Part shown: positions 60,601 to 64,000 of the stretch, one piece after another
How positions within the stretch are numbered: the first letter of the stretch is position 1
Layout of the letters: every line of letters starts with the position of its first letter
Assembly: GCA_977030845.1 (NCBI GenBank)
Contig: OZ365118.1
Location: 20,770,001-20,834,000, forward strand
Direction: 5' to 3'
DNA length: 64,000 nt
DNA from: Fimbriosthenelais zetlandica
Lineage: Eukaryota
Translations under genes and position numbers: made by a program
The notes under the pieces: generated by a model
Database searches by the model: none
The model's input: only the letters and a program-made list of their open reading frames with translations
Told to the model about the DNA's origin: nothing

Positions 60601-61857
60601 ACTGATAGAATGAAGTATTTGATACTTTTGAAAGCTTTAATTCTAAACAAGTCCCTTCCTCATCTGTTTTAAGATAACTCCTCAATCCCCACGACTTTCT
60701 GAATTATTACCTTCAATACAATTTAATTCTTAAATTTGGAAATTTACTTATTTAGTTGTGACTTTATGTAGTAATTTATCATATTGTCCACCCACAGGTC
60801 CCTTCCTGTCGGCTCTCTTGTCTAAGTTAGAGACGATGATGGCTAACACGTTATATGTGAACCTCCTACTGACGGGAATCATCACTCGCCTCGGCTGCTA
60901 TCCTCAACCTCTGCTCCGATCATTCCTCCTCAACCACTCTCTCGTGTTCCAACCCACCGTCAAGTCTCTAGTCCAGGTACCTCGACTTTTATAATCTTTT
61001 AACCAATTTGAAATTAAATTTTCCTTCTCGTGACATGATCCTGCCTTTTATAGCGACCCAATAAAACAAAATATAGGACCACACTAGTTCAGTCCAAGTT
61101 CACATTAATTATATTCCATGTTAAATTGAAAAAATCCTATTTGTCTCATTCAGGTTCTGGGCTCAGTGAAGCATAAAGTCGACTGCTATTCGTACACGGT
61201 GAAGGACTTTGAGTCTCTCTTGTTGCGGGCTCGCCGGTTCCTGGCCTGGCGGGAGGATCAGTACTTCCACCAGAATGATACCAGCGGTCGACCACGGAGC
61301 GCTACTGACATCTCATTCACACCCACTCAACAACCGAGAGCCCGGGCTGGCTCCATGATGGACGCTCCAAAAGGTGACCAATACTTCTCACATTTTATGG
61401 AATAATCATATGATAAATTTGCTTTATTAACTGACAAATCTTAGACTCTGTCAGCCTGACTGGATTCTTGTTACCCCCGTCATTTGATAGATGAAATGAA
61501 ATGAAATTTAAGTCCGATTAATGATTTAATGAAATTTATATTTTTTCAGCTGAGAAAAAGAAGACAAGTATGCTTGGGGATCTTCTCTTCAGACGGAGTC
61601 CCCTGGGCAACAAGAAGCCGACGAATCCCCGCAGTGACCCGCGCTTACAAATACTGGGCGATGGTAAAGGTATCCGGTACATAAACCGAACCATGCAAGA
61701 ACTGGCTAACAATGATAAGATGGAGTCAGTGAAGACAAAGAACGCCGTCTACTGTGCTCTGGTTTTAGAGGAGTTCCTCAAGGAGCTGGCTGCCGTGTCT
61801 CAGGAACACGCCGTCCTCTCACTAGAGGGAGGCAGGAGTCTCCTCACCAACAGCTGA
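48105..61857 (+). CDS. FHIP1: FTS- and Hook-interacting protein FHIP1 (FAM160A family; FHF complex subunit), complete; core 11 exons = 1128 aa, up to 1246 aa with the four candidate cassettes
   Basis: join(48105..48644,48910..49173,49503..49661,49903..49989,55768..55935,56118..56197,56326..56520,59310..60496,60798..60976,61154..61373,61550..61857)=3387 nt, GT-AG, continuous frame. Family motifs: DPDTCLEVFKSHWLQ, FCPVLATGLSGLYSSLPRKL, FLNSLEFCNAVVQ, GPFLSALLSKLETM, YPQPLLRSFLL, NAVYCALVLEEFLKELAA. Symbol denotes the co-ortholog of FHIP1A/FHIP1B. Confidence 0.93.
48910..49173 (+). CDS. FHIP1: FHIP1 coding exon 2
   Basis: tctcag|VIEKHL...SDFCP|gtcagt; 88 codons. Confidence 0.93.
49503..49661 (+). 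CDS. FHIP1: FHIP1 coding exon 3
   Basis: ttgtag|VLATGLSGLYSSLPRK...CNAVVQ|gtgcgt; 53 codons; not in ORF track. Confidence 0.93.
49903..49989 (+). CDS. FHIP1: FHIP1 coding exon 4
   Basis: ttacag|VAHGLVRDQLLTFIYNGFLVPVIGPALHQ|gtatgt. Confidence 0.93.
51937..52119 (+). CDS. FHIP1: FHIP1 candidate cassette exon A (61 aa, basic then highly acidic)
   Basis: ttgttttcag|AAT...TCG|gtatgt; 183 nt, phase 0-0, no stop; coding-like composition in AT-rich intron. Confidence 0.75.
53729..53749 (+). CDS. FHIP1: FHIP1 candidate microexon B (EPNKFFM)
   Basis: Strong pyrimidine tract cctcttttctttctctatcctgttttag, 54-nt AG-free zone; donor ATG|gtgtgt is weak; phase 0-0. Confidence 0.4.
54407..54451 (+). CDS. 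FHIP1: FHIP1 candidate cassette exon C (DILKLPISLVESYFG)
   Basis: cattttctag|GAC...GGG|gttagt; 45 nt, phase 0-0; 134-nt AG-free zone upstream; TGCATG 31 nt downstream. Confidence 0.7.
55768..55935 (+). CDS. FHIP1: FHIP1 coding exon 5
   Basis: cttgtag|NSMEEVIAATAYLDLF...SSNSR|gtcagt; 56 codons. Confidence 0.93.
56118..56197 (+). CDS. FHIP1: FHIP1 coding exon 6
   Basis: ttcttttag|LCMVSLSLFYTLVDLNCEDVMFQLVF(K)|gtaagt; phase 0-2. Confidence 0.92.
56326..56520 (+). CDS. FHIP1: FHIP1 coding exon 7
   Basis: tttcag|(K)YLIPCTHVMVSQRRSV...GSS|gtgagt; phase 2-2. Confidence 0.92.
58610..58714 (+). CDS. FHIP1: FHIP1 candidate cassette exon D (35 aa, basic)
   Basis: atcttgcag|T CAT GGC...AGA AG|gtaaaa; 105 nt, phase 2-2 matching both neighbours, open: HGNHSPLPGSLDKRKSKTRMSFKGFRKPATPQAR. 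Confidence 0.7.
59310..60496 (+). CDS. FHIP1: FHIP1 coding exon 8 (large, mostly low-complexity S/T/D/P-rich)
   Basis: taacag|...YMEYLEASHEKIYQCARSCLCWSAPYDG...TPNI(G)|gtaaat; 1187 nt, phase 2-1; contains ORF 59371..60519. Confidence 0.92.
60798..60976 (+). CDS. FHIP1: FHIP1 coding exon 9
   Basis: cccacag|(G)PFLSALLSKLE...KSLVQ|gtacct; phase 1-0. Confidence 0.93.
61154..61373 (+). CDS. FHIP1: FHIP1 coding exon 10
   Basis: tctcattcag|VLGSVKHKVD...DAPK G|gtgacc; phase 0-1. Confidence 0.9.
61550..61857 (+). CDS. FHIP1: FHIP1 last coding exon
   Basis: ttttttcag|(A)EKKKTSMLG...EEFLKELAAVSQEHAV...TNS*. Confidence 0.93.
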
Positions 61858-61865
61858 CCATCGCC

Positions 61866-61996
61866 AGCCAATCACAGACTTTATTACAAGAAAGTGGTTA
61901 ATCAATGAGCGACGTTTTTACGTCCGGAGCCAATGGGAGACGTTTTTACATGGACGCCAATGAGACGTTTTTACAGATCGTGGTCGGCCAATGAGT
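61866..61996. repeat. Short degenerate ~28-bp tandem array immediately after the FHIP1 stop
   Basis: GACGTTTTTAC exact x3 (61911, 61939, 61964); CCAAT/TCAAT x5 (61868, 61902, 61930, 61957, 61988). Confidence 0.85.
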
Positions 61997-64000
61997 GCTT
62001 GTTACTGTTTGCTCAAGGTGTGCCATGTCCAGAAGAAAAAGCACAAGTCAAGACATGCTTTTCTTTTCATTTTGGAGAAATAATTCCTGTGGGGCAAGGA
62101 GGAAACAGATGAAATGTGGGGAAAGGCGGTTCACGGATTCTTTATGGAATTAAAGAAGAGAAGCTTATTGGGAAATAGGCAATGTTGTATACTACCAAAT
62201 ACTTTTATTGACTATGAAAAATATTTCCTGTACATATATTTTCCCGTTTGTTATAGGCAAAGGTTTGTACACAGATGTATCATGTATAGTATGGACTCAA
62301 TGGAAAGCCAGTCCAGCAATGTTGATATGGGAGTTTGGCTGGCATGATATATTTCATGTCATCTTATATATTGACCAGTCTTGGAATCTAATCATGGCAT
62401 GAGAAGTTCTAAACTTAAACCATGGCTGAGAATCATGAACAAAAAGCTTTTATAAATCACATCACGGAAGATGCTCAGCACCTTTGGGATAAAAATTGAA
62501 CAATTAAATTTCTCTTGAAGAGAAAAATCAAGTCTGGATTGCTTGCAATCAAAGGATATTTTACATATTGGCAGTTGAAACTCGTAGGGAGATTACATAT
62601 ACATTTTCTAACCAACTATTCAGAAAAAAATCCTTTTAGATCTGCTCACTTAGGTCACTACTGTTGTCTTCAGGACTGCTTAATATAATGCTAGGGCACC
62701 TCACTGGATGAGTGTTCTTGACAAAGGAAAACGTTTTTCTAAGATTTATTGATAATTTGCTTCTAGAGAAAGAACTTAAGGTTAAGTGTATTTTATAGGA
62801 AAAACTGAGGTACAATATATATGGGTTTAACCAAAGGATGAAGTTGCCAAGATTTCTATACAATGTACAATGTATATGTCTGTTTGTGGCATGAAGTTTC
62901 AACAATGTTCTTGTTTTATTAAAGCTGAAAGCATGTTAGATGTTCATGTATGTAGATAGTAAGTCAGAGTCAAGTGTGTTTTTGGAGAAGTTGGCCCCTC
63001 GAGGGTTTGTGCTTAGCTGAGGATAGGCGCGTGTCTTTACATTAGGTTTTTTAGATTCAGGGATGCAAGATATCAGGCTTCTTTTCAGAAATTTTGGAAA
63101 GTCAAGTGCTTTTTGAAATTAAGAATCTTTGTTTTGGGATCAGTCCTCCGTTGCATTGGGAAAGATCAGGGGTCCAAATGTGCCAGAGATGATTTTGTCA
63201 TGTCATTAAGTTTTTCTCACCCCTGGAAAATGAAGATTGGTAACTGTCATGGTTTTCTGAGGTGCCTCACTTGCATCCCTATGGAGTAGGGTTTGACTAG
63301 AAACAAAGACTTACAACGAGTTGGGGGAAGATCATTCTGTAGGAAAGACTGACACCTGGTCTTTAACTCACAATACTCGATACACCTTACATGGATGAAT
63401 CTTAGTTTATAAATATTACCTTCCTCTTCTTCCTTCTTTCAACATTATCCACTTTTTCTCATTTCTTCATCAGCTTTGTTGAGCTCTTTGCAGTGTTGCG
63501 TTATTATTTAATGAAATGTAGATGACGACTTATGCATATCGGTTTTTTGTGGGGTTGATTTTTTTTGAGTCATGAAAAAATATCTTGACATATCAATGGT
63601 GACTAGTCACAAGGACCCTTTCCTGACAGGGAAGGAGGATGGCTTATTTCAAGGTTGTATTTTAAAGGAATCTGAGTTAATTTCTCCAGGAAATATTACA
63701 TATTTGATGGCAATTCAATGTAGAATTATATTATTTCGTAAGCGTGCATGGTCAGGAGTGATTTTTAGAAATGCTCACAAAAACATTTGCCTTCTCTTCT
63801 AGACTTGGTTGACAATCACTTTGTATCTTCCTACTTTTTGAAAACGGATATTTCTTTAGTGAATGAATTTTAGGTTACCAATTATTACAAGCATGTAGAA
63901 AACAGGGCATTATTTTTTCTGTCTTAGCTATGATTTGTTAGAATTTTGGTTGGATTTCCTGCCAACCCAAGGCATTTTCTTGACTTCTGATTTCTTTCCA

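Overview
Eukaryotic, intron-rich animal DNA (AT-rich, many poly-G/C and purine microsatellites; codon use and repeats suggest a lophotrochozoan, possibly a bivalve - inference only). Three protein-coding genes can be reconstructed by hand from GT-AG boundaries and frame continuity: (1) a complete 6-exon secreted olfactomedin-family gene (+, 837-3325, 480 aa); (2) the first coding (RING) exon of an SH3RF/POSH E3 ligase (-, 32147-31794), whose SH3 exons I could not find in the window, so it appears to read into a very long intron that would contain the olfactomedin gene antisense (caveat: a 135-N gap at 27840-27974); (3) a complete FHIP1/FAM160A gene (FTS-Hook-interacting protein; +, 48105-61857, 11 core coding exons, 1128 aa). 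SH3RF and FHIP1 are head-to-head across a ~470-bp putative bidirectional promoter with a perfect GTCACGTGAC (CLEAR-type E-box). The most interesting signals, absent from the ORF track, are splicing features: four frame-preserving candidate cassette exons in FHIP1 (acidic 61 aa with an SNX9-like DDDWxxxW motif, 7 aa, 15 aa, basic 35 aa) accompanied by TGCATG (RBFOX) clusters, and a candidate recursive-splice/poison exon (CAG|GTAAGC with a 107-nt AG-free zone) in the SH3RF intron. No prokaryotic systems, CRISPR arrays, rRNA or tRNA genes were seen. All assignments are from motif recognition, not database searches.
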